From: Eledone cirrhosa
Lineage: Eukaryota
Reading direction: 5' to 3'
NCBI GenBank assembly: GCA_964016885.1
Contig: OZ024740.1
Location: 147,188,001-147,252,000 of the forward strand
DNA length: 64,000 nucleotides
The first letter of the stretch is position 1; each line of letters starts with the position of its first letter. This document shows, piece by piece, positions 15,154 through 31,945 of this stretch. A program made the position numbers and the translations under genes. The notes beneath the pieces are model-generated. The model was not told the origin of the DNA, did not search any database, and was given only the letters and a program-made list of their open reading frames with translations.

Positions 15154-17388
15154 TATAACATGTGATTGTAAGTTCATTATTTACATCAACGTATCACTTA
15201 AGACTAGCAGTTTGAAATTGTGGTATACATCAGCAGCTCCGCTTGTATATTTGGGGTCTATATTCTAAGGGGGCTCCTTTATATTAGTCGTAATAGTTCC
15301 TTTGTTCTTTTTCATTAATATATATATAAATATATATATAAACTATGTGTGTGTGTGTGATGGACTCTCATGTCCATTTCGACAACGTATGAGGATAAAC
15401 TATTCTGTTCATTCCGTTTCGATGTTTATATCGGGCATGATATTTTAGACCTGTCAAGAATGTTCAAGTAAATCCACAGATCATGCTAGATTGAGGTTAC
15501 TGGATAATGTTGCTGGTAAGTTTGATAATGCTCTCCCCCCCCCCTCTCACTCTTGCTTCTTGTAGCCTATGGATACAACCGGACTGGAGGCTCCTGATCC
15601 CATTATGTCACACAGATCTCCAGTTCTTCCACTGCAACGTCACTTTCTCAAATTTCTCATAAGGTATATTGGTTGCTGAAAGATTACTCTTCAGCAACCA
15701 ATATATATATCTGTATGTGTATTTATATATATATGAGATAACAAGTTATCGTTTTTGGTAATCCAGATAGAGGTTGTGAGTACTCTGTACTATGGATAGT
15801 TTTAACATACGGCGTTGTTTGACTCAACAAGAGGTTTCCTTAGTTAGGTAGCGAGTTTGCGAGAATTCTCATGCAGGTTATTCTTGGAGTAATAATAGTG
15901 AAAGAGTGAAGAATAACATGGTCAGCTGTACAAAAAGGGTTTTATTTACAGTATTAACAATTGTTTCATTGATCAGGTGAGTCTAAAGGCACTATATATA
16001 TTTTAATGTGACATCATCAGTGTATTGTATAACAGTTATAAAGGAATCATGGGGAATAGAGGTTGTATACGCAGAGACAAAATAAAAATATTTGATTCAG
16101 GGGCAGCCTATGTCCAGTCAGTTAGACTGACCCGCCCTCCCCCACTCCAATAAAAATGAATATTTTGTTAGTGTGTGGAGAGACAGCTTGTTAGGTAGTG
16201 GAAGGTGTCGGTAGTATGTAAATTACTACTACTATGGATTTTTCTATACAAGATAGGTCAGATTGATTTTGATTGTAAAGTATATTAAGTTCCAGAAAAT
16301 ATGTTGAATAGTGTGTGTGTAAAGTGTACATGACTAAAAAAAATGGGAAGGTAATACTCATTGCATATCAGGAGTGCCACCCAGTGGGAATCTGTCTATA
16401 GAAACTTAGCTTGAATTTTTTTTCTGCCCGTTACTCTAAATATAGTTTTTAAAGAATTTCCTTTTCTTTAAATTTCATTAACCAATGACCTCCACCCATC
16501 CCAATCACCACCCTCTCCTACCACTAGAAAATGTATAAATACCACCATATAACTTAGACAGTCCGCTGCCTGATGATTTCTCCCAAATGAAACAATTCTA
16601 GTCCTGTAGAAGCCATTTCTATATATTATATATATATATAAACGGAAAAAAATGAAACGAAATTTCATTTCTCACTCTTACAGTGAGCTGTTACTTAAAT
16701 ATAAGTATGTATACGTACATACATATATGTATACAGACGTACAGTAGTATGTATATATATACATACATGCACACATATATATATGTACGTATGGATTCAC
16801 CGAACATTTATTATAATGCTCGGTGTGTTTGTAAACAAACATCCCGAATTAAGCCGTACAGTGTTTAGCAACCATCGTTGCTCTTTTGTTCAACACTGAC
16901 AAAGGAACGATGTACTAGTTTCAAGCTTATTAGCTATCGTCAGCATCGTATATCTTCCTGCCAGATGATTGAACGTCTGAAAGTATATACTTTCCTTATG
17001 CATATTAACGGCTGAGCAGCCTAATTTGCATATCGAGTGAGTTAATCGGCCGGGCGCACCGAAAACGATAAACGGAAAAAAATGAAACGAAATTTAATTT
17101 CTCACTCTTAGTACGGCTGTTACTTAAATATAAGTATATATACGTACATACATATATGTATACAGACGTACAGTAGTATGTATATATATATACATACATG
17201 CACACATATATATATGTACGTATGGATTTACCGAACATTTATTATAATGTTCGGTGTTTTTGTAAACAAACAATAAGCTTGAAACTAGTACATCGTTCCT
17301 TTGTCAGTGTTGAACAAAAGGGCAACGATGGTTGCTAAACACTGTACGGCTTAATTCGGGATGTTTCTTTACAAACACACCGAGCATT

Positions 17389-18754
<1,366 letters not shown>

Positions 18755-19205
18755 TGTTATACTTGGGGAGGGTCATATTTGTGTAATATTGCCAGAATTA
18801 ATAACAGAACACACTCACTGTTTGGTTGGTTTTCGCTTCTCGCTTCTGTGTCTTTTATATCGGTAATCTAATATACTCGGTCCTCAATGTTGCCACTGAC
18901 TGACCGGCGGTCAAAAATAATACAGATACAATATAGACACAAACACATATATATAGTTTATCATAAATCTTTCGTTGCACATCTGCAACATCGTCAGTGG
19001 TGCTATATTTTCCTCCCGCTGCATTGTATGTCTACGCCATTTTATTCAGTCTGTCTATATATTTATTTATTTATTTGCTTGTTTGTTTATTTTATTTTGT
19101 CTTCTTTGCGCATGCGTTTGCGTGTGTGTATAGTGTTTTGTTTGCTGTGTGATGGGTGACTAGTTTGTGTTTATGTGATTGTTGTTATTGTGCTTGTGTA
19201 TGTAT

Positions 19206-19240
<35 letters not shown>

Positions 19241-22229
19241 TTTTATTTTATTTACTTATTTATACTTCTCTTAGGTCAGTGTTGTTTGTTTGGGTGTTGT
19301 TGTTATTCCATTCATTCTTTCTGTTTAGCCTTGGTCTTCTAATTTCTATTTCACTGGCCTCTCTGATTTGCCTATCTGCTGGGTCATTTCTATGTTTAGA
19401 TATTATTCTAATTTCTATGTTGTCTATGTTACCGTCATGTTGTTGTCTAGCATGTTCGTATAGTACTGACCCGTTTTTTCGTCCTTTTAGTTCCCCCAGT
19501 GTTGGTCTATCCTTTCACCTATGCTACGAGCTGTCTCACCTATGTATGTTGTTGTCATGTGAGTGTGTTCTGTTATTAATTCTGGCAATATTACACAAAT
19601 ATGACCCTCCCCAAGTATAACAATATTTGTTTCGACACACGATTTCATATAAAAAACCTCGCAAAACTATATATATATATATAAGCAAGATGTATGGTAG
19701 GTCGTATGTGAATCGCGATGATCACGTCTGACCTACCAAATATGTGACGGTAGCTAGTTAAGCTCTATGCGTATAAGCAGAGCAGAAATATTAATGAAAA
19801 AGAACAAAGGAACTATTATGACATTATAACAAGTTTATTGCCGACAACCGTTTCGTCCGACCATATGGTGGGACTTTTCAAGGCATATAACATGTGATTG
19901 TAAGTTCATTATTTACATCAACGTATCACTTAAGACTAGCAGTTTGAAATTGTGGTATACATCAGCAGCTCCGCTTGTATATTTGGGGTCTATATTCTAA
20001 GGGGGCTCCTTTATATTAGTTGTAATAGTTCCTTTGTTCTTTTTCATTAATATATATATAAATATATATATAAACTATGTGTGTGTGTGTGATGGACTCT
20101 CATGTCCATTTCGACAACGTATGAGGATAAACTATTCTGTTCATTCCGTTTCGATGTTTATATCGGGCATGATATTTTAGACCTGTCAAGAATTTTCAAG
20201 TAAATCCACAGATCATGCTAGATTGAGGTTACTGGATAATGTTGCTGGTAAGTTTGATAATGCTCTCCCCCCCCCCTCTCACTCTTGCTTCTTGTAGCCT
20301 ATGGATACAACCGGACTGGAGGCTCCTGATCCCATTATGTCACACAGATCTCCAGTTCTTCCACTGCAACGTCACTTTCTCAAATTTCTCATAAGGTATA
20401 TTGGTTGCTGAAAGATTACTCTTCAGCAACCAATATATATATCTGTATGTGTATTTATATATATATGAGATAACAAGTTATCGTTTTTGGTAATCCAGAT
20501 AGAGGTTGTGAGTACTCTGTACTATGGATAGTTTTAACATACGGCGTTGTTTGACTCAACAAGAGGTTTCCTTAGTTAGGTAGCGAGTTTGCGAGAATTC
20601 TCATGCAGGTTATTCTTGGAGTAATAATAGTGAAAGAGTGAAGAATAACATGGTCAGCTGTACAAAAAGGGTTTTATTTACAGTATTAACAATTGTTTCA
20701 TTGATCAGGTGAGTCTAAAGGCACTATATATATTTTAATGTGACATCATCAGTGTATTGTATAACAGTTATAAAGGAATCATGGGGAATAGAGGTTGTAT
20801 ACGCAGAGACAAAATAAAAATATTTGATTCAGGGGCAGCCTATGTCCAGTCAGTTAGACTGACCCGCCCTCCCCCACTCCAATAAAAATGAATATTTTGT
20901 TAGTGTGTGGAGAGACAGCTTGTTAGGTAGTGGAAGGTGTCGGTAGTATGTAAATTACTACTACTATGGATTTTTCTATACAAGATAGGTCAGATTGATT
21001 TTGATTGTAAAGTATATTAAGTTCCAGAAAATATGTTGAATAGTGTGTGTGTAAAGTGTACATGACTAAAAAAAATGGGAAGGTAATACTCATTGCATAT
21101 CAGGAGTGCCACCCAGTGGGAATCTGTCTATAGAAACTTAGCTTGAATTTTTTTTCTGCCCGTTACTCTAAATATAGTTTTTAAAGAATTTCCTTTTCTT
21201 TAAATTTCATTAACCAATGACCTCCACCCATCCCAATCACCACCCTCTCCTACCACTAGAAAATGTATAAATACCACCATATAACTTAGACAGTCCGCTG
21301 CCTGATGATTTCTCCCAAATGAAACAATTCTAGTCCTGTAGAAGCCATTTCTATATATTATATATATATATAAACGGAAAAAAATGAAACGAAATTTCAT
21401 TTCTCACTCTTACAGTGAGCTGTTACTTAAATATAAGTATGTATACGTACATACATATATGTATACAGACGTACAGTAGTATGTATATATATACATACAT
21501 GCACACATATATATATGTACGTATGGATTCACCGAACATTTATTATAATGCTCGGTGTGTTTGTAAACAAACATCCCGAATTAAGCCGTACAGTGTTTAG
21601 CAACCATCGTTGCTCTTTTGTTCAACACTGACAAAGGAACGATGTACTAGTTTCAAGCTTATTAGCTATCGTCAGCATCGTATATCTTCCTGCCAGATGA
21701 TTGAACGTCTGAAAGTATATACTTTCCTTATGCATATTAACGGCTGAGCAGCCTAATTTGCATATCGAGTGAGTTAATCGGCCGGGCGCACCGAAAACGA
21801 TAAACGGAAAAAAATGAAACGAAATTTAATTTCTCACTCTTAGTACGGCTGTTACTTAAATATAAGTATATATACGTACATACATATATGTATACAGACG
21901 TACAGTAGTATGTATATATATATACATACATGCACACATATATATATGTACGTATGGATTTACCGAACATTTATTATAATGTTCGGTGTTTTTGTAAACA
22001 AACAATAAGCTTGAAACTAGTACATCGTTCCTTTGTCAGTGTTGAACAAAAGGGCAACGATGGTTGCTAAACACTGTACGGCTTAATTCGGGATGTTTCT
22101 TTACAAACACACCGAGCATTATAATAAATGTTTGGTAAATCCATACGTACATATATATATGTGTGCATGTATGTATATATATACATACTACTGTACGTCT
22201 GTATACATATATGTATGTACGTATACATA

Positions 22230-22360
<131 letters not shown>

Positions 22361-22811
22361 TGTTATACTTGGGGAGGGTCATATTTGTGTAATATTGCCA
22401 GAATTAATAACAGAACACACTCACTGTTTGGTTGGTTTTCGCTTCTCGCTTCTGTGTCTTTTATATCGGTAATCTAATATACTCGGTCCTCAATGTTGCC
22501 ATTGACTGACCGGCGGTCAAAAATAATACAGATACAATATAGACACAAACACATATATATAGTTTATCATAAATCTTTCGTTGCACATCTGCAACATCGT
22601 CAGTGGTGCTATATTTTCCTCCCGCTGCATTGTATGTCTACGCCATTTTATTCAGTCTGTCTATATATTTATTTATTTATTTGCTTGTTTGTTTATTTTA
22701 TTTTGTCTTCTTTGCGCATGCGTTTGCGTGTGTGTATAGTGTTTTGTTTGCTGTGTGATGGGTGACTAGTGTGTGTTTATGTGATTGTTGTTATTGTGCT
22801 TGTGTATGTAT

Positions 22812-22846
<35 letters not shown>

Positions 22847-24912
22847 TTTTATTTTATTTACTTATTTATACTTCTCTTAGGTCAGTGTTGTTTGTTTGGG
22901 TGTTGTTGTTATTCCATTCATTCTTTCTGTTTAGCCTTGGTCTTCTAATTTCTATTTCACTGGCCTCTCTGATTTGCCTATCTGCTGGGTCATTTCTATG
23001 TTTAGATATTATTCTAATTTCTATGTTGTCTATGTTACCGTCATGTTGTTGTCTAGCATGTTCGTATAGTACTGACCCGTTTTTTCGTCCTTTTAGTTCC
23101 CCCAGTGTTGGTCTATCCTTTCACCTATGCTACGAGCTGTCTCACCTATGTATGTTGTTGTCATGTGAGTGTGTTCTGTTATTAATTCTGGCAATATTAC
23201 ACAAATATGACCCTCCCCAAGTATAACAATATTTGTTTCGACACACGATTTCATATAAAAAACCTCGCAAAACTATATATATATATATAAGCAAGATGTA
23301 TGGTAGGTCGTATGTGAATCGCGATGATCACGTCTGACCTACCAAATATGTGACGGTAGCTAGTTAAGCTCTATGCGTATAAGCAGAGCAGAAATATTAA
23401 TGAAAAAGAACAAAGGAACTATTATGACATTATAACAAGTTTATTGCCGACAACCGTTTCGTCCGACCATATGGTGGGACTTTTCAAGGCATATAACATG
23501 TGATTGTAAGTTCATTATTTACATCAACGTATCACTTAAGACTAGCAGTTTGAAATTGTGGTATACATCAGCAGCTCCGCTTGTATATTTGGGGTCTATA
23601 TTCTAAGGGGGCTCCTTTATATTAGTTGTAATAGTTCCTTTGTTCTTTTTCATTAATATATATATAAATATATATATAAACTATGTGTGTGTGTGTGGTG
23701 GACTCTCATGTCCATTTCGACAACGTATGAGGATAAACTATTCTGTTCATTCCGTTTCGATGTTTATATCGGGCATGATATTTTAGACCTGTCAAGAATG
23801 TTCAAGTAAATCCACAGATCATGCTAGATTGAGGTTACTGGATAATGTTGCTGGTAAGTTTGATAATGCTCTCCCCCCCCCCCTCTCACTCTTGCTTCTT
23901 GTAGCCTATAGATACAACCGGACTGGAGGCTCCTGATCCCATTATGTCACACAGATCTCCAGTTCTTCCACTGCAACGTCACTTTCTCAAATTTCTCATA
24001 AGGTATATTGGTTGCTGAAAGATTACTCTTCAGCAACCAATATATATATCTGTATGTGTATTTATATATATATGAGATAACAAGTTATCGTTTTTGGTAA
24101 TCCAGATAGAGGTTGTGAGTACTCTGTACTATGGATAGTTTTAACATACGGCGTTGTTTGACTCAACAAGAGGTTTCCTTAGTTAGGTAGCGAGTTTGCG
24201 AGAATTCTCATGCAGGTTATTCTTGGAGTAATAATAGTGAAAGAGTGAAGAATAACATGGTCAGCTGTACAAAAAGGGTTTTATTTACAGTATTAACAAT
24301 TGTTTCATTGATCAGGTGAGTCTAAAGGCACTATATATATTTTAATGTGACATCATCAGTGTATTGTATAACAGTTATAAAGGAATCATGGGGAATAGAG
24401 GTTGTATACGCAGAGACAAAATAAAAATATTTGATTCAGGGGCAGCCTATGTCCAGTCAGTTAGACTGACCCGCCCTCCCCCACTCCAATAAAAATGAAT
24501 ATTTTGTTAGTGTGTGGAGAGACAGCTTGTTAGGTAGTGGAAGGTGTCGGTAGTATGTAAATTACTACTACTATGGATTTTTCTATACAAGATAGGTCAG
24601 ATTGATTTTGATTGTAAAGTATATTAAGTTCCAGAAAATATGTTGAATAGTGTGTGTGTAAAGTGTACATGACTAAAAAAAAAATGGGAAGGTAATACTC
24701 ATTGCATATCAGGAGTGCCACCCAGTGGGAATCTGTCTAAGGCCGCTGATCACTCGAAATTGCGTCACTCGAACTTAAGTACAGTGTGCGTCGCTGATCA
24801 AATCATTGGAATACTGTATTCCGGCCTTTAGACTCACCTAATCAATGAAACAATTGTTAATACTGTAAATAAAACCCTTTTTGTACAGCTGACCATGTTA
24901 TTATTCACTCTT

Positions 24913-24963
<51 letters not shown>

Positions 24964-25320
24964 AAAGGATAACAAGTTACACCCTCTGGATATATATATA
25001 TATATACACACACACATATATATATATATACATACACATAGACACATACATATATATATACATATATAGGAAAAGAGTTAGGACCCTGACGGCTGAGCTC
25101 TGGCCGTTTCGACGGCTATATACACACATATATATATAATACAATAACAGAGAAAGCTTTAAGCTAAACTCTGACTGGCTACCATCTCACTCAACAAACA
25201 TTAGGATATAGGTTAGTATAATCCCAATTTTGTGTTTGGGGTGCTAACTATATGTATTTTGTGGAAAGCCAGTTGTATTATTTTATATGAGATATAATTA
25301 AAATTAAAATATATCTCCAT

Positions 25321-25444
25321 TTCCAAACAATTGTTTCATTATAAGTTTTCTACAAGTTGGGAGAATGTTTCCGGTTTATGTAGAAGCCTACATATTTTTC
25401 TGTAAGAATACATGCAGGTGGGCACTTATAAATCATCAGTGGAA
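25321..25444 (-). ncRNA. Type I hammerhead with expanded stem II loop (PLE B pLTR)
   Basis: TTCCA-CTGATGA-tTTATAAGT...ACTTATAAt-GAAA-CAATTG-TT-TGGAA. Confidence 0.8.
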
Positions 25445-25561
25445 GCCCATCAAACTTTGATATAAGAAAACATTTCTTACCGCAGTTATTTTTCGTGTCA
25501 GCTAAGTTGTCCCTTCACGCATCATAATGACCGCCAAATTTGAAATTCCAGCAGTCTTTAG

Positions 25562-25592
<31 letters not shown>

Positions 25593-26170
25593 GAGGAAGT
25601 TATAGTTCACTTGAAGCATTGTGTAATGAGGTATAAACTTTTGTATATGTATAATAAAGCCAAAACAATGCAGGTATTGACATAGAATAAAGAATGTAAA
25701 TGCAAAAAAAGATATTGTTTGCAATTAGTCTTTTACCTTAGATTTATTTAAGTGTCCTTAATTTTCGAGATAATATCTCTTCTTCGGAGGGAAGTAAAGC
25801 GGTTAAACCAGTGTTCTAAATAGCTTGCCAAGTCATGCTGACAGGAAATGGTATAGAGTATCTGTTCTATCTCTAATCTCAAAGAGTTAAGGTTAGGTGG
25901 ATAAAGAGTAGTCTCCCTTTAAAAGGGTTTTTTTTGTACATGCCTGTTTAAGTGTGTGGGAGAATGTGTGAGGTGTAAGTATGTGTGTGTGAGTGTGAGA
26001 AGATATGTCTATACGTAAATACGGGGGGTAGATGTTATCTCGTGTTAGAACTGGTCTTTGTGTGTGTATGTGTGTGTGTGAGGGAGAATAAGTGGAGGTG
26101 TAAGTGTGTGTGTGTGTGTGTGTGTGCGTGTGTGTGGGAGGGGTGTGTAAATATGGGGCTAGATGCTATA

Positions 26171-28603
26171 TCAAGTTATAAATTGGGTGTTGAGTTCTAG
26201 TCTATTATTGATTGGTGGTTGTGTTTTGTCTATAATTAGTGATTCCTTAATTCTAAGATTGCCGAGGTTTCTTTCCTTAGTTTCTATCCTAACTGTTATG
26301 GTTTTGTCGGTGTTTTTGCATTTAACTAGGTGTTTCTTAAATGAGGAAACGTTAGTATTGAGGTGTTCTTTTATTCTTATGTGGAGTGGTCTGGTGGTGC
26401 TACCTACGTAGAAGTTGCTGCATTTGTCGCACTCTAGTGTGTATACGACGTAAGCCTGGTGGCATAGGTCTGTGTCGTTGATGTGGCAGTTGGCTAACCT
26501 GCAGCGGTTGTCATGTCTGGTGGAGTGTCTTTTGGTTAGCTGTCCGCGTAGAGAAGGACCTGAGTGGGCCAGTTGGATATCTAGTCCCTCTCGTCTGATA
26601 GCTCTGCGGGTGGCTGTTGTTGTTTCGTCACTGAAGTGTGGGAGCTTCAGGAAGCAAGTGTTAGTGCCTCGGTTGTGGTGTCCTCTGTTCTTTCTGGCAC
26701 GGTTTGTGGTGGATGTCGTGTATCCGTTCAGTTTGAGTACTTCCAGGAAATGTGTGGTGTGTGTGTCTCTAGCGTCGGTGCATTTGTTCTGGATACGTGT
26801 TAGTTCGTTCCTTATGTATCCGAACTTAGCGCTGGCTGGGAGGGCCGATCTGAAATGTACGAACAGGTCCCTGCTGGCGGCTTTTTTATAGAAGCAAGTG
26901 TGGATGTTGCCTTCCTCTGTTACCCTGAGTTGGAAGTCCAGTAGGGATAGGGATCCGCGGTCATCGGGGTGTTCCATGCTGAACTTTATACTGGCGTCCA
27001 TGCTGGAGAATGTTGTGTATATTTTATCCGCCTCCTCACGGGATGATGTAAGGATGAGTATGTCATCTACATATCGGGTGAAGAAGGTATGAGAATGGCA
27101 GGTGTTGAGGGCTCGGCATTCTAGCTGGTTCATATAGGTGATGGCCAGCAGGCCCGATAGGCTGGATCCCATGGGTAATCCTGTTGTCTGTCTGTATGTG
27201 TGGTGGTGGAAGGTGAAGTACGTGTTGTCCACTGTGAAGGACAAAAGCTGGTGTATGTCCGTCGGAAGGAGGCCATAGCAGTGGATGTCCTCTGCGACCA
27301 CGCAGTCCGTCAATAAATCGACGGCTGGATGAGCGGGGACTGTAGTGTAGAGGGAGACAACGTCGAGGCTAAAGGCGTATCTATTTAGTTTAAGCTGTTC
27401 TGGCTGGAGTTGGTGTAGTCTACGTATAACTTCGTCGGAGCTACTGACATGCCCGGGAAAGGTGGAGAGTAGAGGCTTGAGGACCTGGGAGAGGAGCCAG
27501 GAAATTTTGTATAGGGGTCCTTCTATGCTAGACGATGGGTCTTATTTGTGTCTTAGTACTATTCTTGTGGGTCTTGATGAGGTGGTAGAAAGTGGGCAGT
27601 CTGCTATTTCTAGTGGTGTAGTTGAGCTTAACTTTATTTGGGAGTTGTCTTCTCTTACAGATGTCGAACCAGATGGAGTTGGTCTGTTTTTCGATCTGGG
27701 CTGCAGTCATGTCCGGGATCTTTGTATATAGTTCATTGTCGCTTAGGTGTTCAAAGACTAGGTTGTTGTATGTGGCTTGAGAGATGACGCAAAACTCTTT
27801 ACCTTTGTCGGATGGTAAGTATATAAGTTCCCTATTCCGTAGGTTCTTCAGGGCGAGTTGTTGTGTCCTGGAGAGGTTTGGAGCTATCTTCTTCTGTTTC
27901 CGTAAGATGTTAAATACGGAATGTTTTAGCCTCGAGAGTTTTTCTTCAAGCTCGCGGTTGGCAGGCGGTGGACAGAGTGGGCGATCCAGTTGGTATATCG
28001 GGAATCTGGTTTTGTTAGGTTCCGTGGTGTTGTTGCCGCGAGTCGATATCCATTTCAGTTGGTAGGCAGCCCGACAGAAATTCGTTTCTATGTCGAGCCA
28101 TAATTTGTCGTCCAGTCTCTGTTTCAATATGAACTTGGGACCCAGGCTGAGGAGGTCTAATTCTTCTCGGGAGAGGGATCCTGTCAAGTCTGTGACGAGG
28201 TGTTTTGCGTCAGGTGTGTTGTTGGTCGGGGCGCCGCTAGGTTCGGTGTTGGTACCGTCTTGTTCGCCTCTGTTGGTGCTTAGAGTTGGGATGTTGTTAA
28301 GACGGTTAGCCGTGCAATGTTTGAGAAATTTTTGCGTTAGGCGTATTTTCTCGTAGTCTCGGCGATGGTGGTATGACCTGTCTATAGCGGCGGAGATAAC
28401 TCTGGACAGAGGTTCTGGGGTTTCAGCGAGTTGTGGTACAAGGCTGGAAATAGTCCGTATGTGTTGTTGTAGCGTGCGGTGTAGGTGTTGTATGAGTTTT
28501 CTTAGGCAGAATTTTTGTCTGTAGCTAAGCGATCGTTTGAGGCCTGGTAATTTGAAGCATGTTGGTAGGTGCAAGTTTTTGATAGTTTTGGGGATGATGT
28601 TGT
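26171..28603 (-). pseudogene. PLE RT and GIY-YIG ORF split by one frameshift near 27530
   Basis: LSLGPKF, PSDKG, IKTHK, RPIV|SSIEGPLYKISWLL, SLDVVSLYT, GLPMGSSLS, RYVDD, VVYTLECDKCSNFYVGSTTR. Confidence 0.93.
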
Positions 28604-28604
28604 A

Positions 28605-29475
28605 TATATATATATTTATGTGTGTAGATAAATCTACCAAAATATACGGTAGTGTCCAATCTGTATGAAGAACTCAATGTAATCCAAATATCATGAAAAG
28701 AGAAGATGTATTCAAAAATTTTTTCGATGAAAATCACAGGAAAACAGTCAAGATAAATTAATAAAAACAATGAATAAAAACAAAGAAACAGTTCCTTATA
28801 TTAAAAAATTCATCATTTTACGATCGTTTCTAGGATATATATGTGTGTGTTGGTATGTATATCATATAGATCTATGTAAAAATTTTACAAACTATCAGAG
28901 GAATATACATACCTACACATATATATGCTGTCTTCAGAAATAATGATATTTGTTTATTGAAAAAAACCAACAAAGATTTAATATAATAGGTCTGTTTGGG
29001 AACAGGTTTTGAATTGACCAATAGAAAAGTAGTAAGTGGTCAAGTTGATAGAATAGTAGTAGTAGAAATTTAATTTAGGGGTAGAGGAATGCAGACTTCA
29101 GTTTTGAATGGAAAGAATACTTTGAATGAAAAGATTAATTTGGGGATGAAAAGAGATCAAACCGGTGAAAGGTACACGAAAATTTGATGTTATTAAAGAA
29201 TAATGCTAATGTTAAAATCGAAGGAGAATAAAATTTTAGGATAAATGTGTGAGTGAGAAATACCAATCTTATTTAAAACATAAGGAATTTAGGTCTATAA
29301 AAAGAAATTAAATTAATTTAATTGATAGGTATACTTATAGGGATAAATGTATATTAATTCATATAGATGTGATAAATAAGAGTTAGATGTTATTAAAGAA
29401 TGTTGTTAAAAACGAAGGAAAAAAAATTTGGGGGGGGATAAATGTATTAGTGAGAAATAATAAACTTATATAGAC
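28605..29475 (-). mobile_element. 3' UTR/pLTR of Nematis-type PLE family D; related to 36148-37040 and 59905-61430
   Basis: High identity to the reverse complement of about 60630-61430; hammerhead at 28811-28945. Confidence 0.85.
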
Positions 29476-29619
29476 TTAATTTCTTGTAGTCTATGTGCTT
29501 GTGTATATATGTATTTATTTATTTATATTTCTCTTAGGTCAGTATTGTTTGTTTGGGTGTTGTTGTTATTCCATTCATTTTTTCTGTTTAAACAGAAAAA
29601 ATGAATGGAATAACAACAA

Positions 29620-30901
29620 CAGGAGAAGTACCTAGCTAAAAGTAAACCCCTATACTTAGCTTTTATTGACTTGGAGAAAGCCTTTGACAGAGTCCCCCCC
29701 CCCCCCCCGCTCCATTACCTGGTGGGCTCTTAGAAAACTAAGTATTGATGAATGGCTCGTGAGAGCTATACAAGCCATGTATAAAGAAACAGTCAGCAAG
29801 GTTAGAATTAACAACGAATATAGTGAAGAATTTAGCGTAAAAGTTGGTGTTCATCAGGGCTCTGTTCTTAGCCGCCTCCTATTTATTATTGCCTTTCAGG
29901 ATATAACAGAGGAGTTCAAGACCGGCTGCCCATGGGAACTTCTATACGCAGATGATCTAACGCTCATAGCTGAATTAATGGCTGAACTAGAGAAGAAATT
30001 CCAGACATGGAAGCATGGCCTAGAATCAAAAGGCCTTAAAGTTAACTTGTCTAAGACTAAAGTTATCGTATGTAGGAAGGAAAATAGGGTACTGGTCCCT
30101 TCTGGGAAATGGCCATGCTCAGTGTGTAGGAAAGCAGTAGGCAGAAACTCCATTTTATGTCCCAAATGCAAAGTATGGGTGCATAAAAGATGTAGTGGGA
30201 TCACAGGTAAACTAACCAAGAACATAGATTTTATATGTGGCCGGTGCTCAGGTGCAATAAGTAGTAGCAAGTGCCCACAGGATACTAGCTCCTTCCATTG
30301 CCCAGATGGTTCTATAGAAATAGTAAATACCTTCCGTTACTTGGGTGACAAAATCAACAGTGGTGGTGGGTGCTCTGAAAGTACAGTAGCGAGAGTCAGA
30401 ACGGGTTGGAAAAAGTTCAGAGAGCTTATACCACTATTGGCTGCTAAAGGTTTCTCCCTAAAAATGAAAGGCATACTGTATGATGACTGCATACGAACAG
30501 CAATGTTGCATGGCAGTGAGACCTGGGCATTGTGTGCAGAGGATATACGCAGACTGGAGAGGAACGAAGCTTGCATGCTCCGTTGGATGTGTAATAGTAA
30601 TATACGTGAACGGCAAAGCATAAATGAACTAAGTGAGAAATTAGGAATAAGAGGGATCAGATGTTGTTTACTTGAGAGAAGACTACGTTGGTATGGTCAC
30701 GTGATGCGCATGAAAGACAACAGCTGTATAAAAAAGTGCAGGGCGATTAAAATAGACGGAAGTTACGGAGTAGGTAGACCCAGAAAAACCTGGGACGATT
30801 TGATAAATTCCGACCTTACACACTTACACCTCTCAAAGACAATGTCACTGGACCGAGATCTTTGGCGCTACGCAGTAATACAGAAGACCCGCCTTGCCTA
30901 A
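29620..30901 (+). pseudogene. RTE reverse transcriptase with embedded PHD-like zinc finger
   Basis: AFIDLEKAFDRVP (frame changes in the poly-C run 29694-29708), GVHQGSVLS, LLYADDL, FRYLG, RLRWYGHVMRM, GRPRKTW. Confidence 0.92.
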
Positions 30902-31274
30902 GTACAAAGCGAAGCCTATAGTCAGTAGGCTCCTCCTAACCAAAAATACACCCCACCCACTACCCTTTCCCAACCCCCATCTACACCTAAAGTTATGTTG
31001 GTGCCACAACATCCAGTCCTAAATAAATGAGGTCATGTAGGTGTCACGACAAAAAAACACAGTCCACGCTGTAATGTGGCCGTGTAGGTAACACGGTAAA
31101 AACCTCCCAGCCCACACTGTAAACGTAGTTGGTGTTAGGAAGAGAATCCAGCCGTAGAAAACCCGCCAAACAGTCCTATACGAGCAAGACAACCAATCTT
31201 GCCTCACGTGGGACAATTCCCGTCTAAACCCTTGCTAGCGTGGAAGATAGACGTTAAACGACGACGATGGTGAT
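29620..31274 (+). mobile_element. RTE-clade LINE, 5'-truncated, with 3' UTR
   Basis: RT motifs; 3' end gacgttaaacgacgacgatggtgat. Confidence 0.93.
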
Positions 31275-31945
31275 TCTCTGATGACGTAATGAATTCTCGA
31301 TAGTTATATTATGTAACTATATATATCCCATTACAGAAACTAATTAGTTGGAGTGAAAATTTTAGTAAGTAAGTTAATTTTTAATTTTTAAAATTTTCTT
31401 ATTTTACGTCTTTCATATAATTGTTCTGCATCCCCCTGCATAGAACCACCTAGGTACTTTGACATAACTTATATATTTGCTAGCATTAGTGTACATCTGT
31501 ACGCATATGTTGGTAGATGTACTAATTCTCTATATTTATTTCCAAATTATTTGTTGAGCAAACTTGCCAAATCTACTGCTAATTCATAGTAGTAGTAGTA
31601 GGCTCTTGTCATAATACCACCTCACTCCTAACTAACTAACCTCAGTGTCACGTGATTGATTCTTTAGAATCTGCCATTGACCAGAGGCAGTGAACTTTTT
31701 CAGTGCTATGGAATTTAGTCCTCGCTAGCTTATTACATCCACTGAATTATTATTTTTATATGGGTTCCTAATGTCCGCGCATTGCCTGGGAACTTAGCTG
31801 AGAATAGACTCCCTGATGACGTAATGAATTCTCGATAGTTATATTATGTAACTATATTTATCCCATTACAGAAACTAATTAGTTGGAGTGAAAATTTTAG
31901 TAAGTAAGTTAATTTTTAATTTTTAAAATTTTCTTATTTTACGTC

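Larger units (their letters stand above)
25130..28603 (-). mobile_element. PLE family B (Penelope/Poseidon-like), near full length, in (TA)n
   Basis: RT/GIY-YIG coding 26171-28603, 3' region with hammerhead, TA boundaries; tail resembles 42285-42400 inverted. Confidence 0.85.

Noticed and set aside
27520-27535. Programmed recoding between the two PLE B ORFs
   Set aside because: Break is inside the conserved RPIVS motif, fits a 2-nt loss, no slippery heptamer
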